This document shows, piece after piece, positions 47,119 to 58,439 of a stretch of DNA of 64,000 bases; within the stretch, counting starts at the first letter, position 1; each line of letters starts with the position of its first letter. The notes beneath the pieces were generated by a model, which was not told the origin of the DNA, ran no database searches, and saw only the letters and a program-made list of their open reading frames with translations. The translations under genes and the position numbers were made by a program. Location: NCBI GenBank assembly GCA_000002445.1, contig CP000068.1, forward strand, positions 1,536,001 to 1,600,000, in the 5' to 3' direction. This DNA comes from Trypanosoma brucei. Taxonomy: Eukaryota.

Positions 47119-47388
47119 AGTATACACACACTCACAACATTCTCCCATCATTATCATCATCATCATCATTACTGCTCTTATTATAATATTAGTATATGCA
47201 CACTCACAACACTCTTCTATTATCATCATAATATTTATTACTGTTCTTATTATAATATTTGTATATACACACAGTCACAACACTCTTCTATTATTATTAT
47301 CATAATTATTATCATTACTTCTCTTATCATAATATTCGTATATACACACTCACAACACACTCTCCTATCATTATTATAATTATTACAC
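47119..47388 (-). repeat. 70-bp repeat block, about 4 copies
   Basis: The core gtatatacacactcacaacactcttc repeats with ATT/ATC tracts. The last copy is identical to the last copy of block 44043-44262. Confidence 0.9.
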
Positions 47389-47754
47389 CAATAATCAACT
47401 TTAATACCAAATATGTTAATTTTACTTGAATTAAAAACTTTAAAATATGCATATTTCTTTCAAAAGTGTTAAAATAGGTCAAATTTTATAAATTTTTATA
47501 AAATTCTTAAAAAGCTACCAAAGTCACAAAGCAACACCAATTAGAGCCAATTTCTTATCCAAATCAAAACAGGAACCTTTGCATTTTTCTTCTATCCAGC
47601 CGCAAACAGATTTCTCATCTGCTTTGACATTCTTGTTTTCTGCCTCACAAGCCTCTTTTTTCGTGTGATCGTAACACTTTTTACCAGTCTGGGTCCCTCC
47701 TGTTCCTGCTTGTGTTGCTTGTTGTGCTGCTGCTGTCGTATTCAATTTGCACTG
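47278..47754. repeat. segmental identity, copy 2 (copy 1 at 44150-44609)
   Basis: See copy 1. Confidence 0.85.
47466..47481 (-). promoter_or_regulatory. VSG 3'UTR 16-mer variant (14/16)
   Basis: The plus strand reads gtgttaaaataggtca. Confidence 0.6.
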
Positions 47755-49142
47755 GGGGCCATCTTTCGCGTCATCGCCCTCCCATTTGCAGTTACCATTC
47801 TTTCTGCATTCTGTTGCTTTTTCTAGCTTTGCGCATTCTTTTTTTTAATGTCTGCTGTTTCTGCGCTGTTCTCTACTACCTTTTAGATTTGTTTGTGTGG
47901 TATGTCTAGTTCAGCGTTGTTGAGATTGTGGATTATGGCATACGAACTGTTGACTACCTGCTTCAGTTGATGAGTGAGCATCTTTGTCTGTTGACATGCT
48001 TCGTCGTAGATTTTAAATATGGTCCCTAGGGATTCTAGGTACTCAAGCCAGGGTATCTTGCCCGCCGCTATTTTGCCGCCGCTTACATAATTTGCATATT
48101 TGACGCACACTCCGTTGGTGGCTGTTCCTTCGCAGTTTTTAGTTCCTGCGATTGCGCCTAGATAGCCGCCGGTGGAGTCGACTATTATTGGCTGTCTTAC
48201 CTGTCTCGCCAGATGGCGTAGGCTTTCGGCCTGTAGTACGGTGGCCGCTGGCTGCGGGCAGTGCTTTATGAGTTCGTTCCGTGCTGTGCTGCCTGATATC
48301 GCACTGCCGCTAGTTCATGCATGGCCTAGAGTGACGCTGTGGTGGCAGGGGATGGCAGGGCTGCCTACACTGTCCTTCATGCACACGCACGTCAGCACCG
48401 CCGCTATCGTCGTCGCTTTGTCGCCATCGCAGTCCGTTGCTCGTGTGTCCGATTTGCGTGTGAAAGCCGTCGCCGCTGTGAAGGTGGTCCCCGTGCTTTT
48501 ATCGCCGTAAACGATTTTTCTTAGCTTCTCTGGGGCTTCGGTTATATCCTTGTCCTGCAGCCTCGGTTTTAGTGCATCGATCTGCTTTTTGAGCACGCCT
48601 GCCGTGTGCGCCGCTGACGTTTTGTGAACACGTGCCAGTTTTCTCGCTAAGCCCTCAAGCTTGTTGGCCTGCAGTTTTTTTATCCTTTCGGGTGTTGTAG
48701 CCATGTCGGAGAGCTTTTTTGCTGCTGCACTCCAGAGTGGCCAGTTTTTCGTCCACGTATCGTCTACGAGGTCTTCTGTTATGCCGGCTTTCTGAGCTAT
48801 TTCGGCTTTTGTGCTCTTTGGATTGCTGTCCCTTAAAATATTCCGCCATTTTTCGTTCGCCACAGATATGTTTAGGTCGACGATGCCAGTGATCTCGGTG
48901 TCGGCGTCGCTTTCGTAGTTAAGTGCCTTAGGTGGTGAACGGCCTAAGTTGACTAGGTCGCAGAGCGTGTCGAACAGTGCTGCAATGCCACCGTCCGCTA
49001 TCGCGGCATTTACTGGTAAGAGCAGCCTCAATAGAATGCCAGTGTTAATAGCATTAGACGGTGCATCTTGCGCACAGTACGACTCACTTTTGTTGTGCCT
49101 ATTCGCCTCTTGCTGTGCTTTTGCTTCAGTAGAACGAAACAA
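47524..49142 (-). pseudogene. VSG: VSG pseudogene (cassette O), fragmented, with the same 3' end as cassette N
   Basis: The N-terminal ORF at 48315-49142 contains ALFDTLCDLVNLG, WTKNWPLWSAAAKKL and LTCVCMKDS. The middle ORF at 47883-48110 reads MCVKYANYVSGGKIAAGKIPWLEYL. The C-terminal ORF at 47524-47745 is identical to the C-terminus of N. Confidence 0.8.
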
Positions 49143-50325
49143 GTGCTGAATAATGGTTGGGAGTGGCAGTTGCTTCTATTTCGTCTGGATTTTTGAAGAA
49201 CAAAATTTCCGAATCTGACCTGCAGTCTCGTGTGCTTCTGTGGTTATTCTTTTTATTCTTTTGTTGACTGTTGCTTGCTTTTGTCTTGTGTCAATCCGCT
49301 TGAATCTTTTTTTGCCTTCCTTACCAACCAGTGTTTTTAGTTTTTTTTTCCAAAACCCACGCCGCTTAAATTTATCGTTTTTTGCCATCACCGCGATTTA
49401 ATTCGGTGTTTTTCCTTCGAATCACCTTGCATTTGGTGTTGACAGGTTGAGAAGGGTTAAGTCTTGAAGTTCTGTTGTGCTTTCAAGCGACGCCGGTGAC
49501 GCTTCTACTAGTCGCTTCAGTTCACAGCCGACGCGGTATTTCACTACGCTATCGCTGGAGGCTGTGAAGGCGGGCTGATTTACATTTATTATTGTTATTA
49601 GCGTTCACTCAATTAAGTGAAACACGTTAGGTTCTTCCCTTATGACTGGAGCTTTATTGGAAAACTGAATTTTAAATTGATTGGTGCCGACGTTTATATC
49701 CGCGTGGTTCTTGTTGCCTTCAAAGAAAATTATGAATTATTTAGCACTTTAATTTGGAGAAAGCAACCTAATAAGCCTTAGGTATCTATGCCTACCGTAA
49801 TTGAGCCTTACGAGCGTGTGAAGTTAAATATAAATATTAATGAAAAGTATTCTGTTTGCCTAAGGTGCATTTCCACAAACACATTTTTTTAAAATGCTAA
49901 GGATCATTCGCTGAATGCAGCTCCTAGCAAAGCACATTAGAATTCACAAAAAATAAAAAAAACACAGGCATCACCATCTTTTAAGCAATAGTATATATCT
50001 ATTTTTGAGTAAAATGTGCACCATAATGTCCTCTTGTAGCATTACCACTTGTACCATCTGTGTGGTTGCGCATACTGCTGTTTCATTCTCTATTTTATTT
50101 CCTTCTTTTCAACTTTCTTTCACCATTTATATCGACAAGGGAGTGGGTCTATTTGGCCTGCTCACTGGAATTTGTTTCCGTATCATTTTCCTCTCCAGTC
50201 TCTGTATCTCTGATGATGCTCATAGCCATGTTCGTCTTTAAAACTGCGTATATTTCATCTCCTTTTATTTCCTTCTTTTTTTGTTTCCTTAAAAAATATT
50301 CCTTGTGTTCTGTTAAATCCCTTTT

Positions 50326-50392
50326 ACACACACACACACTCACACTCACAAAAATCCCCTAGCATTATTATTATTATTACTATTGTCATTAA
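50326..50392 (-). repeat. 70-bp repeat, about 1 copy, with CA-rich variation
   Basis: The plus strand reads cacacacacacactcacactcacaaaaatcccctagcattattattattattac. Confidence 0.7.
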
Positions 50393-50734
50393 CTGTTAGA
50401 TATAACCCTAACCATAATTAATATCCAATATAATAAATAAAACAAAGAAATTAGAAAGAATTTCAAAATATCGCTAATTTTTCATACCCTATCACCCTGC
50501 TTCTTGACACCTGTGCGCTAAACTCATATATATTTGAGGAAAATTGTATTTTTAAAAAATTTACCGAACTTGCACTTTTCTATCAAATAGTGTTAAAATG
50601 AAACAAAATTTATACTTTTCACGAATTACATCAAGATATCGTATTTTATTTAATTTTATGAAGTTGAGAAATGATCCTTAAAATTGTAAAATGCTCTATA
50701 AGTCACAAAAGCAGCAGAAATCAAAGCTAATTTC

Positions 50735-52202
50735 TTATTTACAAGAAAAGTAGTATCTTTGCAAGTTTTACCGTCTAACATACACTTTGGGACTTTTCAA
50801 TCATCGTTTTTAGCGTGTTTCGATCACTTTGAGTCAACTTTCTCTTGTTTGTTTGCTTCTGCAGCGGCTTCTTTTGTTATTGTGCACTTTTTGTCTTGGG
50901 ATTTGCAGAAACAAAATGACAACTTGGAGTCTTGTTTCAAGAAGTTTCATTTTGATCCTCTATCGCGTTGCAAATTTGCTCTTGTGTTTTCGAGGCTCCT
51001 TTGTTAATTTGCTCTTATAATTCTGCAATTTTCCTTTTTAAAGCTTTGGTATTGATGTCCTGGTAGTATGCTAGTGTTGCCGTTAGGTCCTTCAGTGTTG
51101 AAAGTGATGTCAATGGAACTTTGTCCGTGCCTTTGGCATTGGGGTTGTGGACTTGTGCTGAGGCGAAAGCAGTGTTGTATTCTTTTGCCATTGCTCCTTT
51201 GTCTCCAAAGGCACCTCCGATCTCATCCTTTATGACGGCTTCCTCAGTTTGCCCTATTGTATCTTTCTTTTTAACTAGCATGGCATAGATTGTCCTGAAG
51301 TCAGCACTTTCTTTGAGCTGGTCGGCTGTCTCGAATTTGTAACTTGCCGGGGTGTACTTTGTTGTTAGGTAAGCGTCGTGTGCTGCTTTGAGCGTGGGTG
51401 CCGTCCCTTCGGCTGTGCTTAGGGATACCGTTGCCCGCCTTTGCATGCCGTCGTTGTGGATGTAGTACAGTCCTGAAGCGAAGGTCGGGCTCCCTTGTAT
51501 TGCGCTGTCGCCGTTGGCGCCGTCTAGTAGTCTTGAACTTGCTTTGGCTGCTGTTATTGCACACGTGTCCGACGTGGTGTCGGTGTTCGCGGCTACATCT
51601 GCATCTTCTTGCAGCCCGCCGTCGTAGCCTGTTTGTGTGAAATGGTTTGTCGCCGTGTCAACCGTTGTTAGTGTGGCGGTTGAAATTTTACAGCCTTCTG
51701 AGTTGCCGGCAAAGGCCGTACTGTGAGGCCTGTGGCTATTGCTGCCTGTCTCTTTCTCTAAGCAACCGTCAGCTCCGCTCGTCGTTGATATTTGTGCCAT
51801 TGCGCCTATGAAATCCCTGATGGAGCCCTCAGCTCTGGCGGCATCTCTTATAGCTGATGCTAGCTTGCCTACTGCGGTCGAGGTTAGCTCGTTTGCTGCT
51901 ACGTCCGCTTTGTATGCATAGTAGGCTAGGAGTGCCCTATCGGCTGCTGTATAGGTCCCGTTTCTGTAGGCTTCGGTATATATTGCTGTTCGAAAGTACT
52001 GTTTTAAGTAGTCGTTTACCGTTGCCATAGGTGTCGCCAGTCTGTGGGCGGCTTTTTGTTCTACTTTGTCTAATTCGCTAGCCAGTTGGCATGCCGCTGT
52101 CCAACCATTTGCTTTGAGCCGTCCTCCAGCTCCTGCATCGCCCATTTGCAACGCCCAAAGCAGAATCACACTTATGATTGCTATTTGCTGACTTTGCTGC
52201 AT
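50735..52202 (-). pseudogene. VSG: VSG (cassette P). The 395-aa N-domain ORF at 51015-52202 is intact and the C-terminal domain is in another frame.
   Basis: The signal peptide is MQQSQQIAIISVILLWALQMGDA. The N-domain contains GWTAACQLASELDK and ends IAEL followed by a stop. Downstream, a shifted frame encodes KTCKDTTFLVNKKLALISAAFVT. Confidence 0.8.
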
Positions 52203-54042
52203 GGGTGCACCACGCGTCCTGTGTTAGTGATTGAAACTTACGGTTGCTTATTTATTTATAAAAGAAGAGGAAAGCTGTTTGCGAAAAAGGATTGAGTCAA
52301 GTCGCGTCGGCGTCGGTTTTTTTTCCTGACACTCTTGCGGTGCTGATTAACTTTTCATGTGACCTTCCGGATTTCACTCCTCTGAAAGGTTAATAGACCG
52401 CTTGAACCGCCGGTTAAAGTTTTTTACTCACCTTTGTTGGTTATTTTTCTCAAAATTACATTCAAAACAACCTTTGATTGCATTTTCTTCTCTCTATATA
52501 TCTCTCTCCTTAAAGCCTTAAAGTACTTCAATCTCTCACACTTCCAGGTCATGGCGTTGTGTGGATAAATTCTTCTGCCACTACGCTCTAAGCACTACTT
52601 GAGTAACTACTGCAGCTGCTTTGGTTAACGACTGATGACTAAAGTTCAGTTGTTTCCAATTAGCTGCATTACTGTCCTCCTTTTGCAGTTCATGTGTTAT
52701 GGCTGGTACTAAACCTGAAGGTAGTTGTGCGCTGTGGATTTTTTGTTTTTTATTATTTTTGGATATATATGGTCTTGTTGTTGTTTGTGATAATGCTGCT
52801 TGACTTCTTTTTATATGACGCGTTCTTTTGTAGTGCAGAACCAATTGTTGGCAGGTCACAGCTAGCGTTGTAATTTAAAACCCCATGTTGCATCCGTAAA
52901 TAAATTTCCAACACATATTCAACCCTCATCTATTAAATTCCCATCTATGCTCCATTATCTCATCCTGTTATTGCTCCGAATCATCGAAAACATTTTATGT
53001 CTAAAATTTCAACTTTTATCGTTATTAGCCGTATCTATTTTCTACATTTTCATCTATGCTTGTTTTTTCTAGAATAACAAAGTACAGGCATGCTTTTTTA
53101 TGGAAACAATTCCATGCCTGATTGTGGTGCGTATCGTGCTGCTCTGATGCCAAAAGAGGCTTAATGCCTGGAAAATTAAGGCTACAAAGTGCTTTAAAGC
53201 TGATTTTTGTTTTTTGTCCTGCTACATGCTGGTCAACCAACCACTTTTTATTAATTAATCGCTTATTCAAACGTTTTGATCTCTATCCAGTATACCGATT
53301 TTGAATAAAGTAACATACCTATCGATTTTCTATACTTCATAGGCTTCCTTCATCTTTTCATATATTTGCTATTTAAAAAATCCTTATTTTTATTTTAATT
53401 CTGCTGTCATGGATTATCCATTAGTATTCCTAGTTTTAAAATTCTTCTCCAAACAATAAAATGTTGTTTCCTACAACTGTTAGATATTGTTAATATATAT
53501 GAAAAGATGTCCCCTATATTACGTCACCCTTACCCAATTCCTTCCCGTTTCCTCTTCTGAACATGAGGATAAGAAACCAAACTAAAAAGCATTTTCTGCA
53601 ACCTTTCCTCCTGTATCTAACAATTATTTAGTGAAATATAGAACACAATCACCTCTCCCTCACCCTGCATCACTTTCTTCTGCTGCGTTTCGGATCACAC
53701 CAAGTCACTTAAATCGGTATCTTTCGTCCCTTTTTAATTTTTCTACAACTGCTCCTGCGGATAACATGGCACTTTCATTTGGCTTTTACACTAGGCTCTG
53801 TGCGTCTGCCATTGTCCCCTAAATCATCTCCCTGAGTATGATTATATCGGTAGTCTTTTATCTTTTACAAGCACTTATATTCAAACATTCCTTTCTTTTT
53901 CTGCCTTTTTGGACCTCTTCAATAATAATCCTGATACTTCTCCACTTCTTTTAACTCACTCATTTGATCTTATCGCACACCTGCAGTTGTTTTTAATTCC
54001 TCTATTTTAATTTTTCCATTCTGTCTTACTACTCTAATATGA

Positions 54043-54392
54043 GTATATACACACTCACCACACACTCCTATAATCATTATTATTATTACTATTATAATTA
54101 CTGCTCTTACTATAATATTCGTATATACACACTCACAATACTCTCCTACTATTATCATTATTATTATTATATTCGTATATACACACTCACAACACTCTCC
54201 TACTATTATCATTATTATTATTATATTCGTATATACACACTCACAACACTCTCCTACTATTATCATTATTATTATTATATTCGTATATACACACTCACAA
54301 CACTCTCCTACTATTATCATTATTATTATTATATTCGTATATACACACTCACAACACTCTCCTACTATTATTATTATTACTATTATTACTAT
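54043..54392 (-). repeat. 70-bp repeat block of about 6 copies, including 4-5 tandem copies of a 54-bp unit at 54117-54386 (4 identical, 1 near-identical)
   Basis: The unit attcgtatatacacactcacaacactctcctactattatcattattattattat recurs with period 54 starting at 54171, 54225, 54279 and 54333. Confidence 0.9.
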
Positions 54393-54564
54393 TTTCATAG
54401 CTTTCATATATAAAATAAACAAAGTAAAACAAAATTGTAATATCACTTACTTGTCATACCTTCTGATCATACTGTTTTACAATATTCGGTCAAATTTAAG
54501 AAAATAAGTTTGTAAAACATTTCGAATTTCCAAAATTTGAACAGGTCGCAAAGGTTTCACAAAA

Positions 54565-54579
54565 TGTTAAAATATATCA
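54565..54579 (-). promoter_or_regulatory. VSG 3'UTR 16-mer (15/16)
   Basis: The plus strand reads atgttaaaatatatca. Confidence 0.75.
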
Positions 54580-54655
54580 AAATAAAAACTTTTCACAATG
54601 TTTGTAAACTTAATAAAAAGAACAAAGTTCTTAAAATTCTAATATGCTACCAAAC

Positions 54656-56086
54656 CTATAAAAGCAGCAGAAAGGAAAGCAAATTTTCTATTGAAAAGAA
54701 AACAGGACTCCTCAAACTATTTACCATCCCGTTTTCAGCTATTGTTGCAGTCTTTTTGCTCTTTGCCTGCATACTTCTCTTTAGTTTCCCATCTGGTCCT
54801 TTTGTTTCTTTGTGCACTGCTTGCTTGCCTTCCTCACTCAAGGTGCACTTTCTCTTTGGTTCCTTTGCGTCGCCGTCCCACTTGCAAGGCGTTTTGCGTT
54901 CTGTATCTGTTTCTTTTTTATTGCACTCTTTTTCGACTTGTGTTTCTTGTTCACTTTTCTTTGCTGTATTTTTTAGCGCTGATGCGTGGCTTGGCGCATC
55001 TCCTCCTAGTGCCGCCATGTAGGCGGCTAGTGCCGTCGTTTTTAGCGCCGTTGCTGTTGCTGCAAGGTGTGCGTTGTGCTGTGCTTCGCCGTTGGCTGTT
55101 TCTAGTTTGGTTATCGCGTTGTCGATAGCGGCTTGCCACTTTACGTCAAGTTTGCCTTCTGCCTCGATGTCTTTGTACAGTATGCAGTTGCCGTTGGCTG
55201 CACCATTGCACTGGGCTGTGCTGCCTGCGCCGAGTATGTTTTTTGCTGCCGTGGCCGATTTGGCGCCCGTCATGAAGTTTGCTAGAAAAAGCTGCTCGGC
55301 TTGGAGAAGTGTAGCTATGCCAGTCTTTCCTCTGCCCTGGTGAGGGCATTTGGTTGCTAGTTCCTCAAAAGCTGCTGCAGCTTCCGCCGTAGTGCCCATC
55401 TTTACTGCATTTAGCGCCTTTCCTGTACAGTCGACCGAGTTTCCGTTGGCTTGGCTGCAAAGGCACACTAGGTCCGCCGCGAACGTCGTCCCGGCTGCGC
55501 TGGTGCTGGCGACACTGCCTCCGCATGCCGTGGCCCCGTTGTCGACAAACGCCGTTGGGCCGCTTTTATCTAGGGTTTTTGTCGGTCCATAAAGTGCTGT
55601 TTTGAGCTCGTCCTCTACGACTTTTTCTTTTATAGTTTGTTTTAACTGCTGCTTGAGCTTCTCTGTCAGTTTGAGCGTTCTGTTGATGACCTCTGACGCT
55701 CGCTGCCTGGCGAACGATGCTCGTGGCCGTTGCAGCTTCAGTCCGCTTATTTCTGTTGCTCCTGTTTTTATTTGGTTTTTAATCTCTTGCCATCGTTGTC
55801 TGTGGTTCCGATATTCTTCTGGCTTCTTGCTGTCGTCGTCTGCTGGATCGAATGATTGGTCGTAGAGACTGTCCTCAGCTGTCGACAGATTTAACTGTTG
55901 CAGTTCAGCGATTGCCTGTGTTATTAAGGCTTCACTGTTGTCGAGCGGGATATCTGGCTTTTCCTGCAGTGTTCGCAAGATAGTGCACATTGTAGTGAAG
56001 GCTTGCGCGTTGCCGTTAGCCTTCCCACTAACAAGCTCCTGGGGTGTCAGCCATAAAATTATGGCCGCTACCAAAATTGTCATCAC
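54656..56086 (-). CDS. VSG: VSG (cassette Q), an uninterrupted 476-aa ORF. Its tail is hydrophobic, but it sits in a frame shifted relative to the canonical GPI-signal reading.
   Basis: The signal peptide is MMTILVAAIILWLTPQELVSG. The protein includes DLVCLCSQANG and CKWDGDAKEPKRKCTLSEEGK. The ORF ends NSLRSPVFFSIENLLSFLLLL followed by a stop. The neighbouring frame reads ESCFLFNRKFAFLSAAFIGLVAY, which matches the canonical [25 protein letters not shown]. Confidence 0.8.
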   Translation of the reverse strand: MMTILVAAIILWLTPQELVSGKANGNAQAFTTMCTILRTLQEKPDIPLDNSEALITQAIAELQQLNLSTAEDSLYDQSFDPADDDSKKPEEYRNHRQRWQEIKNQIKTGATEISGLKLQRPRASFARQRASEVINRTLKLTEKLKQQLKQTIKEKVVEDELKTALYGPTKTLDKSGPTAFVDNGATACGGSVASTSAAGTTFAADLVCLCSQANGNSVDCTGKALNAVKMGTTAEAAAAFEELATKCPHQGRGKTGIATLLQAEQLFLANFMTGAKSATAAKNILGAGSTAQCNGAANGNCILYKDIEAEGKLDVKWQAAIDNAITKLETANGEAQHNAHLAATATALKTTALAAYMAALGGDAPSHASALKNTAKKSEQETQVEKECNKKETDTERKTPCKWDGDAKEPKRKCTLSEEGKQAVHKETKGPDGKLKRSMQAKSKKTATIAENGMVNSLRSPVFFSIENLLSFLLLL

Positions 56087-57983
56087 TTCTTTTAGATTGT
56101 TGAGGTGGTGCCGAAAGTGTGGAGATAAATTCCAGGACCCTCGTTATTGCCTGTGTTTCGCGTTGGCACACAGTGAATCTGGTTTCTTCCCTATTTAAAT
56201 TTTTAATTTTAGTTGCAGAGTTTGTTAGTTTTTACATTCTGTTGCTACTTCGAGAAGTGTAAACTTCAGGTTATATGTCTCGGCTGCTTTCAAATCGTTT
56301 GCAACTGGTTTCCCCGTCCTTCACTGGTATGCTTTTTGAGAGATCCACGTGACTGCGTGTTAACACGCAAAATAAAGCAAAACAAAGACTTTTCTTAAAC
56401 ATTTGCAAGTGTAATCAAGTTCTATTTGGGTGGAATGCCGGTTGACACTAATGGCTCCGCACATGTGTGCTGCTTTCCTTAATTCCAGAGGGTTGTGTCC
56501 GTGGTCAACGTGCTCGCTGAGGTACAGTTGGTGCATTTTTGTTTGCCTGTCAATAAGTTTTTGTGTTTGGCTGCTGCTTACGTCGGACTTGCTGTTGCGG
56601 TTAGTTGCGCTTTCCTTCCTCTTCCGCTGAAGACAAAAATAGTCTATGGATATTTCTTTGCAGGTTTGATCAAGCCTCAGCTTCTTCAATTCTCGCTTAA
56701 TCCTTTAAAATACTATTTTCGTTGCTACACTACTTGCTTTACTTCCTGTCCATGCAGCTAACGTTTGAGAGGTACTTTGAGGGCTATTTAGCTGTCATTA
56801 TTTTAAAAGGGAAAACACGATGTTTGGCTTCAACGTTTACACTATTAATTCCAATGTGTTTCACTGTAGATCTATATATATAACTTCTATTGTTGAGTAG
56901 GTCCGATTATGCCTTGCTTTAAAATAGAATTACTATTTATAGACTTTGTAATTAAAATCTTATGGTTTATACTGTGGTCTATTTTCCTGTACATTTTGCT
57001 TGTTGCTTTTTTGAGTCAGTAGTATTGTAACATCTGTACTTCGGCTTTCCAAGTCCTCCTAGTTTAAGTTCCTTTGGAACATGTATGTTTTCAGCTAGTT
57101 TACGCTACATATTTTCTAGTTTTTTGTACGCTTTAAAGGTTTGGCTGCTCCGATACTTTATATTAGTCATCAAATAAGTATAACCTTCGCTTCTAATATT
57201 GAGAACTTGATTATTGTGCCTACTTAGTGTTTTTTACTTTTTCAATACGGAACCATTTGAGTTTCTGGTTAATTTCTTTACTTCATAACGTTCTGCTAGC
57301 GCTCATAGATATGCTGATTTAATAATTTTAACATTTTTATATTTAGTCTCCTGTCATAGATAACACATTATAATCCTTAGCACTAAAATGCTTCTTCCGA
57401 TAGTATTATATTTTTGCTCACAAATATTATCCACTGTTACTAAATATTATTAGAATAAGACTTTCAATTATTTCAAATTACAAAATTCCTTCTTTCTTCT
57501 ATTGCTCCTTTAAATTTAGATATTAGGATCCCCTATCAGATTTTAAATGGCAGTAGGTAGCATTTCTTATGCCGTGTATATCCTTTTCTGTATGAAATAC
57601 GGGTATAATCGATTTCTGTTCTTCCTGATAATGTATTATTTTCTTTTGTGCTGCGCCAGCGCGTATTCCGTTTTTATTCTGTGTCTTCTTTTCTTCCCCT
57701 TCGTTTGCTTCCTCTAGAAGTGGCGCCAACTTGGCCAGTCACTTTGGCCTGTAAAATACTCAAACTCTTAAACATTGTCCTGTGCCAGCATCACCTTGTA
57801 TATGATGATGTCCATCTATATATTTGTGCTTGAAACTGAGCATATTACATATTTCATATCTTTTTTACAGTATTTAAAATCACTCAACCTCTTCCACTCT
57901 CTCTTTTACCCACATAGAAATCACACATGCCATAGTTTTCAGTGCTTCTATTTATTTTTCAAAATTTCCTCTCAGCTGCCACT

Positions 57984-58026
57984 CTTATTATAATATTCGT
58001 ATATACACACACTTACAACACTCTCC

Positions 58027-58058
<32 letters not shown>

Positions 58059-58140
58059 CTGTTCTTATTATAATATTCGTATACACACACTCACAACACT
58101 TTTACATCAATATCATCGTTACTAATAATATTACTAATAC
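57984..58140 (-). repeat. 70-bp repeat block, about 2 copies
   Basis: The plus strand reads ataatattcgtatatacacacacttacaacactctcc and ataatattcgtatacacacactcacaacac, with ATT tracts. Confidence 0.85.
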
Positions 58141-58439
58141 AGCTCTAACCAATTTCAATGAAATACACATAATTAGAATAATAATCATTTTCATGCCATA
58201 TCCTTTAACTATCTTGCAGCCATATGCAACTTTCATGCGTATTTTACTAAATTATTAGATATTTTTTATTTTCTATTTTTAAAAAATTTACATATTTTTA
58301 TCAGAAAGCGTTAAAACATATAAAAATTTAGAAAAGTTTTATAAAATTGATAAATATCATAAATTTGAGTAAAATATCCTTATAATGTTAAAATTATACC
58401 GAACCTAAAAAATAGTAGCAATCATATTCAATTTCGTAT

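Noticed and set aside
47524-47745. Small 73-aa ORF that could be taken as an independent gene
   Set aside because: It is simply the C-terminal tail of pseudogene O. It is identical to the end of cassette N and has an internal Met.
50390-50410. ccctaacc motif near 50400 as a possible telomere repeat
   Set aside because: It is a single occurrence and not tandem. No TTAGGG or CCCTAA arrays exist anywhere in the window.
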